Source: Eledone cirrhosa
Lineage: Eukaryota
Assembly: GCA_964016885.1 (NCBI GenBank)
Contig: OZ024751.1
Span: 2,418,001 to 2,482,000 of the forward strand
Length of the DNA stretch: 64,000 nucleotides
Reading direction: 5' to 3'
Part shown: one piece after another, positions 12,864-27,800 of the stretch
How the letters are laid out: each line of letters opens with the position of its first letter
Position numbering within the stretch: the stretch's first letter is position 1
Position numbers and translations under genes: made by a program
The notes under the pieces: generated by a model
What the model saw: the letters and a program-made list of their open reading frames with translations, nothing else
Databases searched by the model: none
What the model was told of the DNA's origin: nothing

Positions 12864-15800
12864 TAACTGTCATATTGAACCTTCTCTGTTTAACTGTCAT
12901 ATTGAACCTTCTCTGTTTAACTGTCATATTGAACCTTCTCTGTTTAACTGTCATGCTGAACCTTCCCTGTTGAAATGTCATACCGAACTTTCTCTGTTGA
13001 ACTGACATGCTGAATCTTCCCTGTTGAAATGTCATGCTGAACATTCCCTGTTGAACTGTCATATTGAACCTTCTCTGTTTACCTGTCATATTGAACCTTC
13101 TCTGTTGAACTGTCATATTGAACCTTCCCTGTTGAACTGTCATGTTGAATCTTCTCTGTTTAACTGTCATATTGAACTTTCTCTGTTGAACTGTCATGCT
13201 GAACCTTACTTGTTTAACTGTCATGTTGAACCTTCTCTGTTGAACAGTCATATTGAAGATTCTCTGTTGAACTGTCACACTGAACCTTCTCTGTTGAACT
13301 GTCATATTGAACCTTCCTTGTTTAACTGTCATTTTGAACCTTCTCTGTTGAACTGTCATGCTGAACCTTCTCTATTTAACTATCATATTGAACTTGCTCT
13401 GTTGAAGTGTCATGCTGAAGCTTCCCTGTTGAACTGTCATGTTGAACCTTCTCTGTTTATCTGTCATATTGAACTTTCTCTGTTGAATTGTCATGCTGAA
13501 CCTTCCTTGTTGAACTGTCATGTTGAACCTTCTCTGTTGAACTGTCATATTGAACCTTCTCTGTTTAACTGTCATATTGAACCTTCTCTGTTTAACTGTC
13601 ATATTGAACTTTCTCTGTTGAATTGTCATGCTGAACCTTCCCTGTTTTACAGTCATATTGAACCTTCTCTGTTCAACTGTCATGCTGAACCTTCCTGTTG
13701 AACTGTCATATTGAACCTCCCCTATTTAACTGTCATATTGAACCTTCTCTGTTGAACTGTCATGCTGAACCTTCCCTGTTGAACTATCATATTGAACTTT
13801 CGCTGTTGAAGTGTCACGCTGAAGCTTCCCTGTTGAACTGTCATGTTGAACCTTCTCTGTTTATCTGTCATATTGAACTTTCTCTGTTGAATTGTCATGC
13901 TGAACCTTCCTTGTTGAACTGTCATGTTGAACCTTCTCTGTTGAACTGTCATATTGAACCTTCTCTGTTGAACTGTCATATTGAACCTTCTCTGTTTAAC
14001 TGTCATATTGAACTTTCTCTGTTGAATTGTCATGCTGAACCTTCCCTGTTGTACAGTCATATTGAACCTTCTCTGTTGAACTGTCATGCTGAACCTTCCT
14101 GTTGAACTGTCATATTGAACCTCCCCTATTTAACTGTCATATTGAACCTTCTCTGTTGAACTGTCATGCTGAACCTTCCCTGTTGAACTATCATATTGAA
14201 CCTTACCTGTTGAACTGTCATGTTGAACCTTCTCTGTTTAACTGACATATTGAACCTTCTCTGTTGAACTGTCATGTTGAACCTTCTGTGTTTATCTGTC
14301 ATATTGAACTTTCTCTGTTAAATTGTCATTGTCATGCTGAACGTTCCTTGTTGAACTGTCATGTTGAACCTTCTCTGTTGAACTGTCATATTGAACCTTC
14401 TCTGTTGAACTGTCATATTGAACCTTCTCTGTTTAACTGTCAAATTGAACTTTCTCTGTTGAACTGTCATGCTGAACCTTCCCTGTTGTACAGTCATATT
14501 GAACCTGCTCTGTTGAACTGTCATGCTGAACCTTCCTGTTGAACTGTCATATTGAACATCCCCTATTTAACTGTCATATTGAACCTTCTCTGTTGAACTG
14601 TCATGCTGAACCTTCCCTGTTGAACTATCATATTGAACCTTCTCTGTTGAACTGTCATGTTGGACCTTCTCTGTTTAACTGTCATATTGAACCTTCTCTG
14701 TTGAACTGTCATGCTGAACCTTCCTTGTTGAACTGTCACGTTGGACCTTCTCTGTTTAACTATCATATTGAACCTACTCTGTTTAACCATCATATTGAAC
14801 TCTCTCTGTTGAACTGTCATGCTGAACCTTCCCTGTTGAACTGTCATATTGAACTTTCTCTGTTGAAATGTCATGCTGAATCTTCCCTGTTGAACTGTCA
14901 TGCTGAACCTTCCCTGTTTAACTGTCATATTGAACATTCTCTATTGAACTGTCATGTTGGACCTTCTCTGTTTAACTGTCATATTGAACCTTCTCTGTTT
15001 AACTGTCATATTGAACCTTCTCTGTTTAACTGTCATATTGAACCTTCTCTGTTTAACTGTCATGCTGAACCTTCCCTGTTGAAATGTCATACCGAACTTT
15101 CTCTGTTGAACTGACATGCTGAATCTTCCCTGTTGAAATGTCATGCTGAACATTCCCTGTTGAACTGTCATATTGAACCTTCTCTGTTTACCTGTCATAT
15201 TGAACCTTCTCTGTTGAACTGTCATATTGAACCTTCCCTGTTGAACTGTCATGTTGAATCTTCTCTGTTTAACTGTCATATTGAACTTTCTCTGTTGAAC
15301 TGTCATGCTGAACCTTACTTGTTTAACTGTCATGTTGAACCTTCTCTGTTGAACAGTCATATTGAAGATTCTCTGTTGAACTGTCACATTGAACCTTCTC
15401 TGTTGAACTGTCATATTGAACCTTCCTTGTTTAACTGTCATTTTGAACCTTCTCTGTTGAACTGTCATGCTGAACCTTCTCTATTTAACTATCATATTGA
15501 ACTTGCTCTGTTGAAGTGTCATGCTGAAGCTTCCCTGTTGAACTGTCATGTTGAACCTTCTCTGTTTATCTGTCATATTGAACTTTCTCTGTTGAATTGT
15601 CATGCTGAACCTTCCTTGTTGAACTGTCATGTTGAACCTTCTCTGTTGAACTGTCATATTGAACCTTCTCTGTTTAACTGTCATATTGAACCTTCTCTGT
15701 TTAACTGTCATATTGAACTTTCTCTGTTGAATTGTCATGCTGAACCTTCCCTGTTTTACAGTCATATTGAACCTTCTCTGTTCAACTGTCATGCTGAACC

Positions 15801-15906
15801 TTCCTGTTGAACTGTCATATTGAACCTCCCCTATTTAACTGTCATATTGAACCTTCTCTGTTGAACTGTCATGCTGAACCTTCCCTGTTGAACTATCATA
15901 TTGAAC
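11673..15906 (+). repeat. Tandem block duplication, 2 x 2,109 bp (78 monomers +3)
   Basis: ORF pairs 12155/14264, 12430/14539 and 13024/15133. Marker CGCTGTTGAAGTGTCACG at 11692 and 13801. One visible difference (CACACT ~13278 vs CACATT ~15387). Confidence 0.93.
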
Positions 15907-17905
15907 CTTCTCTGTTGAACTGTCATGTTGGACCTTCTCTGTTTAACTGTCATATTGAACCTTCTCTGTTGAACTGTCATGTTGAACCTTACCTGTTGAA
16001 CTGTCATGTTGAACCTTCTCTGTTTAACTGTCATATTGAACCTTCTCTGTTGAACTGTCATGCTGAACCTTCCTTGTTAAACTGTCACGTTGGACCTTCT
16101 CTGTTTAACTATCATATTGAACCTACTCTGTTTAACTATCATATTGAACTCTCTCTGTTGAACTGTCATGCTGAACCTTCCATGTTGAACTGTCGTATTG
16201 AACCTTCCCTGTTGAACTGTCATGTTGAACCTTCTCTGTTTAACTGTCATGCTGAACCTTCTCTGTTGAACTGTCATATTGAACTTTCTCTGTTGAAATG
16301 TCATGCTGAATCTTCCCTGTTGAACTGTCATGCTGAACCTTCCCTGTTTAACTGTCATATTGAACTTTCTCTGTTGAACTGTCATGCTGAACCATCCCTG
16401 TTGAACTGTCATATTGATCTTTCTCTGTTGAACTGTCATGCTGAACATTCCCTGTTGAACTGTCATATTGAACCTTCTCTGTTTACCTGTCATATTGAAC
16501 CTTCTCTGTTGAACTGTCATATTGAACCTTCCCTGTTGAACTGTCATGTTGAACCTTCTCTGTTGAACTGTCATGCTGAACATTCCCTGTTGAACTGTCA
16601 TATTGAACCTTCTCTGTTTACCTGTCATATTGAACCTTCTCTGTTGAACTGTCATATTGAACCTTCCCTGTTGAACTGTCATGTTGAACCTTCTCTGTTG
16701 AACTGTCATATTGAACTTTCCCTGTTGAACTGTCACACTGAACCTTCTCTGTTGAACTGTCATATTGAACCTTCCTTGTTTAACTGTCATGTTGAACCTT
16801 CTCTGTTGAACTGTCATGCTGAACCTTCTCTGTTTAACTATCATATTGAACTTTCTCTGTTGAAGTGTCATGCTGAAGCTTCCCTGTTGAACTGTCATGT
16901 TGAACCTTCTCTGTTTATCTGTCATATTGAACTTTCTCTGTTGAATTGTCATGCTGAACCTTCCTTGTTGAACTGTCATGTTGAACCTTCTCTGTTGAAC
17001 TGTCATATTGAACCTTCTCTGTTGAACTGTCATATTGAACCTTCTCTGTTTAACTGTCATATTGAACTTTCTCTGTTGAATTGTCATGCTGAACCTTCCC
17101 TGTTTTACAGTCATATTGAACCTTCTCTGTTGAACTGTCATGCTGAACCTTCCTGTTGAACTGTCATATTGAACCTCCCCTATTTAACTGTCATATTGAA
17201 CCTTCTCTGTTGAACTGTCATGCTGAACCTTCCCTGTTGAACTATCATATTGAACCTTCTCTGTTGAACTGTCATGTTGGACCTTCTCTGTTTAACTGTC
17301 ATATTGAACCTTCTCTGTTGAACTGTCATGTTGAACCTTACCTGTTGAACTGTCATGTTGAACCTTCTCTGTTTAACTGTCATATTGAACCTTCTCTGTT
17401 GAACTGTCATGCTGAACCTTCCTTGTTAAACTGTCACGTTGGACCTTCTCTGTTTAACTATCATATTGAACCTACTCTGTTTAACTATCATATTGAACTC
17501 TCTCTGTTGAACTGTCATGCTGAACCTTCCATGTTGAACTGTCGTATTGAACCTTCCCTGTTGAACTGTCATGTTGAACCTTCTCTGTTTAACTGTCATG
17601 CTGAACCTTCTCTGTTGAACTGTCATATTGAACTTTCTCTGTTGAAATGTCATGCTGAATCTTCCCTGTTGAACTGTCATGCTGAACCTTCCCTGTTTAA
17701 CTGTCATATTGAACTTTCTCTGTTGAACTGTCATGCTGAACCATCCCTGTTGAACTGTCATATTGATCTTTCTCTGTTGAACTGTCATGCTGAACATTCC
17801 CTGTTGAACTGTCATATTGAACCTTCTCTGTTTACCTGTCATATTGAACCTTCTCTGTTAAACTGTCATATTGAACCTTCCCTGTTGAACTGTCATGTTG
17901 AACCT
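15500..17905 (+). repeat. Tandem block duplication, period 1,349 bp (50 monomers -1), ~1.8 copies
   Basis: ORF pairs 15807/17156 and 15831/17180. TTGAAGTGTCATG at 15511 and 16860. Ends approximate. Confidence 0.85.
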
Positions 17906-20900
17906 TCTCTGTTGAACTGTCATATTGAACTTTCTCTGTTGAACTGTCATGCTGAATCTTGCCTGTTGAACTGTCATGCTGAACCTTCCCTGTTTAACTG
18001 TCATATTGAACTTTCTATGTTGAATTGTCATGCTGAACCTTCCCTGTTGAACTGTCATATTGAACCTTCCCTGTTGAACTGTCATGTTGGACCTTCTCTG
18101 TGTAACTGTCATATTGAACCTTCTCTGTTTAACTGTCATATTGAACCTTCTCTGTTGAACTGTCATGTTGAACCTTCCCTGTTGAACTGTCATGTTGAAC
18201 CTTCCTGTTTAACTGTCATATTGAACTTTCTCTGTTGAACCGTCATGCCAAACCTTCCTTGTTGAACTGTCATGTTGGACCTTCTCTGTTTAACTATCAT
18301 ATTGAACCTTCTCTGTTTAACTATCATATTGAACTTTCCCTGTTGAACTGTCATGCTGAAGCTTCCCTGTTGAACTGTCATGTTGAACCCTCTCTGTTGG
18401 ACTTTCATATTGAACCTTCTCTTTTGAACTGTCGTATTGAACATTCCCTGTTGAACTGTCATGTTGAACCTTCTGTGTTTATCTGTCATATTGAACTTTC
18501 TCTGTTAAATTGTCATTGTCATGCTGAACGTTCCTTGTTGAACTGTCATGTTGAACCTTCTCTGTTGAACTGTCATATTGAACCTTCTCTGTTGAACTGT
18601 CATATTGAACCTTCTCTGTTTAACTGTCAAATTGAACTTTCTCTGTTGAACTGTCATGCTGAACCTTCCCTGTTGTACAGTCATATTGAACCTGCTCTGT
18701 TGAACTGTCATGCTGAACCTTCCTGTTGAAATGTCATATTGAACATCCCCTATTTAACTGTCATATTGAACCTTCTCTGTTGAACTGTCATGCTGAACCT
18801 TCCCTGTTGAACTATCATATTGAACCTTCTCTGTTGAACTGTGATGTTGAACCTTCTCTGTTTAACTGTCATATTGAACCTTCTCTGTTGAACTGTCATG
18901 CTGAACCTTCCTTGTTGAACTGTCATGTTGGACCTTCTCTGTTTAACTATCATATTGAACCTACTCTGTTTAACCATCATATTGAACTCTCTCTGTTGAA
19001 CTGTCATGCTGAACCTTCCCTGTTGAACTGTCATATTGAACTTTCTCTGTTGAAATGTCATGCTGAATCCTCCCTGTTGAACTGTCATGCTGAACCTTCC
19101 CTGTTTAACTGTCATATTGAACTTTCTCTGTTGAACTATCATGCTAAACCATCCCTGTTGAACTGTCATATTGATCTTTCTCTGTTGAACTGTCATGCTG
19201 AACATTCCCTGTTGAACTGTCATATTGAACCTTCTCTGTTTACCTGTCATATTGAACCTTCTCTGTTGAACTGTCATATTGAACCTTCCCTGTTGAACTG
19301 TCATGTTGAACCTTCTCTGTTGAACTGTCATGCTGAACATTCCCTGTTGAACTGTCATATTGAACCTTCTCTGTTTACCTGTCATATTGAACCTTCTCTG
19401 TTGAACTGTCATATTGAACCTTCCCTGTTGAACTGTCATGTTGAACCTTCTCTGTTGAACTGTCATATTGAACTTTCTCTGTTGAACTGTCACACTGAAC
19501 CTTCTCTGTTGAACTGTCATATTGAACCTTCCTTGTTTAACTGTCATGTTGAACCTTCTCTGTTGAACTGTCATGCTGAACCTTCTCTGTTTAACTATCA
19601 TATTGAACTTTCTCTGTTGAAGTGTCATGCTGAAGCTTCCCTGTTGAACTGTCATGTTGAACCTTCTCTGTTTATCTGTCATATTGAACTTTCTCTGTTG
19701 AATTGTCATGCTGAACCTTCCTTGTTGAACTGTCATGTTGAACCTTCTCTGTTGAACTGTCATATTGAACCTTCTCTGTTGAACTGTCATATTGAACCTT
19801 CTCTGTTTAACTGTCATATTGAACTTTCTCTGTTGAATTGTCATGCTGAACCTTCCCTGTTTTACAGTCATATTGAACCTTCTCTGTTGAACTGTCATGC
19901 TGAATCTTCCTGTTGAACTGTCATATTGAACCTCCCCTATTTAACTGTCATATTGAACCTTCTCTGTTGAACTGTCATGCTGAACCTTCCCTGTTGAACT
20001 ATCATATTGAACCTTCTCTGTTGAACTGTCATGTTGGACCTTCTCTGTTTAACTGTCATATTGAACCTTCTCTGTTGAACTGTCATGTTGAACCTTACCT
20101 GTTGAACTGTCATGTTGAACCTTCTCTGTTTAACTGTCATATTGAACCTTCTCTGTTGAACTGTCATGCTGAACCTTCCTTGTTAAACTGTCACGTTGGA
20201 CATTCTCTGTTTAACTATCATATTGAACCTACTCTGTTTAACTATCATATTGAACTCTCTCTGTTGAACTGTCATGCTGAACCTTCCATGTTGAACTGTC
20301 GTATTGAACCTTCCCTGTTGAACTGTCATGTTGAACCTTCTCTGTTTAACTGTCATGCTGAACCTTCTCTGTTGAACTGTCATATTGAACTTTCTCTGTT
20401 GAAATGTCATGCTGAATCTTCCCTGTTGAACTGTCATGCTGAACCTTCCCTGTTTAACTGTCATATTGAACTTTCTCTGTTGAACTGTCATGCTGAACCA
20501 TCCCTGTTGAACTGTCATATTGATCTTTCTCTGTTGAACTGTCATGCTGAACATTCCCTGTTGAACTGTCATATTGAACCTTCTCTGTTTACCTGTCATA
20601 TTGAACCTTCTCTGTTGAACTGTCATATTGAACCTTCCCTGTTGAACTGTCATGTTGAACCTTCTCTGTTGAACTGTCATATTGAACTTTCTCTGTTGAA
20701 CTGTCATGCTGAATCTTGCCTGTTGAACTGTCATGCTGAACCTTCCCTGTTTAACTGTCATATTGAACTTTCTATGTTGAATTGTCATGCTGAACCTTCC
20801 CTGTTGAACTGTCATATTGAACCTTCCCTGTTGAACTGTCATGTTGGACCTTCTCTGTGTAACTGTCATATTGAACCTTCTCTGTTTAACTGTCATATTG

Positions 20901-21870
20901 AACCTTCTCTGTTGAACTGTCATGTTGAACCTTCCCTGTTGAACTGTCATGTTGAACCTTCCTGTTTAACTGTCATATTGAACTTTCTCTGTTGAACTGT
21001 CATGCCAAACCTTCCTTGTTGAACTGTCATGTTGGACCTTCTCTGTTTAACTATCATATTGAACCTTCTCTGTTTAACTATCATATTGAACTTTCCCTGT
21101 TGAACTGTCATGCTGAAGCTTCCCTGTTGAACTGTCATGTTGAACCTTCTCTGTTGGACTTTCATATTGAACCTTCTCTTTTGAACTGTCGTATTGAACA
21201 TTCCCTGTTGAACTGTCATGTTGAACCTTCTGTGTTTATCTGTCATATTGAACTTTCTCTGTTAAATTGTCATTGTCATGCTGAACGCTCCTTGTTGAAC
21301 TGTAATGTTGAACCTTCTCTGTTGAACTGTCATATTGAACCTTCTCTGTTGAACTGTCATATTGAACCTTCTCTGTTTAACTGTCAAATTGAACTTTCTC
21401 TGTTGAACTGTCATGCTGAACCTTCCCTGTTGTACAGTCATAGTGAACCTGCTCTGTTGAACTGTCATGCTGAACCTTCCTGTTGAACTGTCATATTGAA
21501 CATCCCCTATTTAACTGTCATATTGAACCTTCTCTGTTGAACTGTCATGCTGAACCTTCCCTGTTGAACTATCATATTGAACCTTCTCTGTTGAACTGTG
21601 ATGTTGGACCTTCTCTGTTTAACTGTCATATTGAACCTTCTCTGTTGAACTGTCATGCTGAACCTTCCTTGTTGAACTGTCACGTTGGACCTTCTCTGTT
21701 TAACTATCATATTGAACCTACTCTGTTTAACCATCATATTGAACTCTCTCTGTTGAACTGTCATGCTGAACCTTCCCTGTTGAACTGTCATATTGAACTT
21801 TCTCTGTTGAAATGTCATGCTGAATCCTCCCTGTTGAACTGTCATGCTGAACCTTCCCTGTTTAACTGTC
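16350..21870 (+). repeat. Tandem block duplication, 2 x 2,757 bp (102 monomers +3), several SNPs between copies
   Basis: ORF pairs 17156/19913, 18235/20992 and 18726/21483. ACCATCCC at 16391 and 19148. The +6 insertion occurs at 18510 and 21267. Confidence 0.9.
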
Positions 21871-24800
21871 ATATTGAACATTCTCTATTGAACTGTCATG
21901 TTGGACCTTCTCTGTTTAACTGTCATATTGAACCTTCTCTGTTTAACTGTCATATTGAACCTTCTCTGTTTAACTGTCATATTGAACCTTCTCTGTTGAA
22001 CTGTCATGCTGAACCTTCCCTGTTTAACTGTCATATTGAACTTTCTCTGTTGAACTGTCATGCTGAACCATCCCTGTTGAACTGTCATATTGAACATTCT
22101 CTGTTGAACTGTCATGTTGGACCTTCTCTGTTTAACTATCATATTGGACCTTCTCTGTTTAACTATCATATTGAACTTTCTCTGTTGAACTGACATGCTG
22201 AACCTTCCCTGTTGAACTGTCATGTTGAACCTTCTCTGTTGAACTTTCATATTGAACTTTCTCTGTTGAACTGTCGTATTGAACCTTCCCTGTTGAATTG
22301 TCATGTTGGACATTCCCTGTTTAACTCTCATATTGAACCTTCCCTGTTGAACTGTCATATTGAACTTTTCCTGTTGAACTGTCATGCTGAATCTTGCCTG
22401 TTGAACTGTCATGCTGAACCTTCCCTGTTTAACTGTCATATTGAACTTTCTATGTTGAATTGTCATGCTGAACCTTCCCTGTTGAACTGTCATATTGAAC
22501 CTTCCCTGTTGAACTGTCATGTTGGACCTTCTCTGTTTAACTGTCATATTGAACCTTCTCTGTTTAACTGTCATATTGAACTTTCTCTGTTGAACTGTCA
22601 TGTTGAACCTTCCCTGTTGAACTGTCATGTTGAACCTTCCTGTTTAACTGTCATATTGAACTTTCTCTGTTGAACTGTCATGCTAAACCTTCCTTGTTGA
22701 ACTGTCATGTTGGACCTTCTCTGTTTAACTATCATATTGAACCTTCTCTGTTTAACTATCATATTGAACTTTCTCTGTTGAACTGTCATGCTGAAGCTTC
22801 CCTGTTGAACTGTCATGTTGAACCTTCTCTGTTGGAATTTCATATTGAACCTTCTCCGTTGAACTGTCGTATTGAACATTCCCTGTTGAACTGTCATGTT
22901 GAACCTTCTGTGTTTATCTGTCATATTGAACTTTCTCTGTTGAATTGTCATTGTCATGCTGAACGTTCCTTGTTGAACTGTCATGTTGAACCTTCTCTGT
23001 TGAACTGTCATATTGAACCTTCTCTGTTGAACTGTCATATTGAACCTTCTCTGTTTAACTGTCAAATTGAACTTTCTCTGTTGAACTGTCATGCTGAACC
23101 TTCCCTGTTGTACAGTCATATTGAACCTGCTCTGTTGAACTGTCATGCTGAACCTTCCTGTTGAACTGTCATGCTGAACCTTCCCTGTTGAACTATCATA
23201 TTGAACCTTCTCTGTTGAATTGTCATGTTGGACCTTCTCTGTTTAACTGTCATATTGAACCTTCTCTGTTGAACTGTCATGCTGAACCTTCCTTGTTGAA
23301 CTGTCACGTTGGACCTTCTCTGTTTAACTATCATATTGAACCTACTCTGTTTAACTATCATATTGAACTCTCTCTGTTGAACTGTCATGCTGAACCTTCC
23401 CTGTTGAACTGTCATATTGAACTTTCTCTGTTGAAATGTCATGCTGAATCTTCCCTGTTGAACTGTCATGCTGAACCTTCCCTGTTTAACTGTCATATTG
23501 AACTTTCTCTGTTGAACTGTCATGTTGGACCTTCTCTGTTTAACTGTCATATTGAACCTTCTCTGTTTAACTGTCATATTGAACCTTCTCTGTTTAACTG
23601 TCATATTGAACCTTCTCTGTTGAACTGTCATGCTGAACCTTCCCTGTTTAACTGTCATATTGAACTCTCTCTGTTGAACTGTCATGCTGAACCATCCCTG
23701 TTGAACTGTCATATTGAACATTCTCTGTTGAACTGTCATGTTGGACCTTCTCTGTTTAACTATCATATTGAACCTTCTCTGTTTAACTATCATATTGAAC
23801 TTTCTCTGTTGAACTGACATGCTGAACCTTCCCTGTTGAACTTTCATGTTGAACCTTCTCTGTTGAACTTTCATATTGAACTTTCTCTGTTGAACTGTCG
23901 TATTGAACCTTCCCTGTTGAATTGTCATGTTGGACATTCCCTGTTTAACTCTCATATTGAACCTTCCCTGTTGAACTGTCATATTGAACTTTTCCTGTTG
24001 AACTGTCATGCTGAAACTTCCCTGTTGAACTGTCATGTTGAACTTTCTCTGTTTAACTGTCATGCTGAACCTTCTCTGTTGAAATGTCATACCGAACTTT
24101 CTCTGTTGAACTGTCATGCTGAATCTTCCCTGTTGAAATGTCATGCTGAACATTCCCTGTTGAACTGTCATATTGAACCTTCTCTGTTTACCTGTCATTG
24201 AACCTTCTCTGTTGAACTGTCATATTGAACCTTCCCTGTTGAACTGTCATGTTGAAACTTCTCTGTTTAACTGTCATATTGAACTTTCTCTGTTGAACTG
24301 TCATGCTGAACCTTACTTGTTTAACCGTCATGTTGAACCTTCTCTGTTGAACAGTCATATTGAAGTTTCTCTGTTGAACTGTGACACTGAACCTTCTCTG
24401 TTGAACTGTCATATTGAACCTTCCCTCTTGAACTGTCATGTTGAACCTTCTCTGTTTAACTGTCATATTGAACCTTCTCTGTTGAACTGTCATATTGAAC
24501 CTTCCCTCTTGAACTGTCATGTTGAACCTTCTCTGTTTAACTGTCATATTGAACTTTCTCTGTTGAACTGTTATGCGAACCTTACTTGTTTAACTGTCAT
24601 GTTGAACCTTCTCTGTTGAACTGTCATATTGAAGCTTCTCTGTTGAACTGTCATACTGAACCGTCTCTGTTGAACTGTCATATTGAACCTTCCCTGTTTA
24701 ACTGTCATGTTGGACCTTCCCTGCTTAACTGTCATGTTGAACTTTCTCTGTTGAACTGTCATGCTGAACCTTCTCTGTTGAACTGTCATGCTGAACCTTC

Positions 24801-27800
24801 CCTGTTTCACTGTCATGCTGAACCTTCCTTGTTGAACTGTCATGTTGAACATTTTATGTTGAACTGTCATGCTGAACCTTCCCTGTTGACCTGTCATGTT
24901 GGACCTTCTCTGTGTAACTGTCATATTGAACTTTCTCTGTTGAACTGTCATGCTGAACCTTCCCTGTTGAACTGTCATATTGAACCTTCTCTGTTGAACT
25001 GTCATGTTGGACCTTCTTTGTTGAACTGTCATATTGAACCTTCCCTGTTGAACTGTCATGTTGAAACTTCAATGTTTAACTGTCATATTGAACATTCTCA
25101 TTTTAACTGTCATGCTGAAACTTCCTTGTTGAACTGTCATGTTGAACCTTCTCTGTTGAACAGTCATAATGAACCTTATGTGTTGAACTGTCATGTTGGA
25201 CCTTCTCTTTTGAACTGTCATATTGAACATTCTCTGTAGAACTGTCATGTTGAACCTTTTCTTTTGAACTGTCATATTGAACCTTCTCTGTTTAACTGTC
25301 ATATTGAACCTTCTCTGTTGAACTGTCATATTGAACCTTCCTTGTTGAACTGTCATCTTGGACCTTCTCTGTTTAACTGTCATATTGAACTTTCTCTGTT
25401 GAACTGTCATGCTGAACCTTCCTTGTTGAACTGTCATGTTGAACCTTCTCTGTTGAACTGTCATATTGAACCTTCTCTGTTGAACTGTCATGTTGATCCT
25501 TCTCTGTAGAACTGTCATATTGAACCTTCTTTGTTTAACTGTCATATTGAACTTTCTCTGTTGAACTGTCATATTGAACATTCTCTGTTGAACTGTCTTG
25601 CTGAACCTTCCCTGTTGAACTGTCATGCTGAACCTACCCTGTTGAACTGTCATTCTGAACCTTCCCTTTTGAACTGTCATATTGAACCTTCTCTGTGAAC
25701 TGTCATGCTGAACCTTCCCTGTTGAACTGTCATATTGAACATTCTCTGTTGAACTGTCATGTTGGGCCTTCTCTGTTTAACTATCATATTGAACCTTCTC
25801 TGTTTAACTATCATATTGAACTTTCTCTGTTGAACTGACATGCTGAACCTTCCCTGTTGCACTGTCATGTTGACACCTTCTCTGTTGAACTTTCATATTG
25901 AACTTTCTCTGTTGAACTGTCGTAATGAACCTTCCCTGTTGAATAGTCATGTTGGACATTCCCTGTTTAACTGTCATGCTGAACCTTCTCTGTTGAAATG
26001 TCATACCGAACTTTCTGTGTTGAACTGTCACGCTTAACCTTCCCTGTTTAACTGTCATATTGAACTTTCACTGTTGAAATGTCATGCTGAACATTCCCTG
26101 TTGAACTGTCATATTGAACCTTCTGTGTTTACCTTTCATATTGAACCTTCGCTGTTGAACTGTCATATTGAACCTTCCCTGTTGAACTGTCATGTTGAAC
26201 CTTCTCTGTTTAACTGTCATATTGAACTTTCTCTGTTGAACTGTCATGCTGAACCTTACTTATTTAACTGTCATGTTGAACCTTCTCTGTTGAACTGTCA
26301 TATTGAAGTTTCTCTGTTGAACTGTCACACTGAACCTTCTCTGTTGAACTGTCATATTGAACCTTCCTTGTTTAACTGTCATATTGAACCTTCTCTGTTG
26401 AACTGTCATGCTGAACCTTCCCTGTTGAACTGTCATGTTGGACCTTCCCTGTTTAACTGTCATATTGAACTTTCTCTGTTGAACTGTCATGCTGAACCTT
26501 CTCTGTTGAACTGTCATGCTGAACCTTCCTTGTTGAACTGTCATGCTGAACCTTCCTTGTTGAACTGTCATGTTGAACATTATATGTTGAACTGTCATGC
26601 TGAACCTTCCCTGTTGACCTGTCATGTTGGACCTTCTCTGTGTAACTGTCATATTGAACTTTCTCTGTTGAACTGTCATTCTGAACCTTCCCTTTTGAAC
26701 TGTCATATTGAACCTTCTCTGTGAAATCTCATGCTGAACCTTCCCTGTTGAACTGTCATATTGAACCTTCTCTGTTGAACTGTCATGTTGGACCTTCTCT
26801 GTTTAACTGTCATATTGAACCTTCTCTGTTTATCTCTCATATTGAACTTTCTCTGTTGAACTGTCATTCTGAACCTTCCCTGTTTAACTGTCATATTGAA
26901 ATTTCTCTGTTGAACTGTCATGCTGAACCTTCCCTGTTGAACTGTCATATTGAACTTTCTCTGTTGAAATGTCATGCTGAATCTTCCCTGTTGAACTGTC
27001 ATGCTGAACCTTCCCTGTTTAACTGTCATATTGAACTTTCTCTGTTGAACTGTCATATTGGACCTTCTCTGTTTAACTGTCATATTGAACCTTCTCTGTT
27101 TAACTGTCATATTGAACCTTCTCTGTTTAACTGTCATATTGAACCTTCTCTGTTGAACTGTCATGCTGAACCTTCCCTGTTTAACTGTCATATTGAACAT
27201 TCTCTGTTGAACTGTCATGCTGAACCATCCCTGTTGAACTGTCATATTGAACATTCTCTGTTGAACTGTCATGATGGACCTTCTCTGTTTAACTATCATA
27301 TTGAACCTTCTCTGTTTAACTATCATATTGAACTTTCTCTGTTGAACTGACATGCTGAACCTTCTCTGTTGAACAGTAATGTTGAACCTTCTCTGTTGAA
27401 CTTTCATATTGAACTTTCTCTGTTGAACTGTCGTATTGAACCTTCCCTGTTGAATTGTCATGTTTGACATTCCCTGTTTAACTCTCATATTGAACCTTCC
27501 CTGTTGAACTGTCATATTGAACTTTTTCTGTTGAACTGTCATGCTGAAACTTCCCTGTTGAACTGTCATGTTGAACTTTCTCTGTTTAACTGTCATGCTT
27601 AACCTTCTCTGTTGAAATGTCATACCGAACTTTCTCTGTTGAACTGTCATGCTGAATCTTCCCTGTTGAAATGTCATGCTGAACCTTCCCTGTTTAACTG
27701 TCATATTGAACTTTCACTGTTGAACTGTCATGCTGAACATTCCCTGTTGAAATGTCATATTGAACCTTCTCTGTTTACCTGTCATATTGAACCTTCTCTG

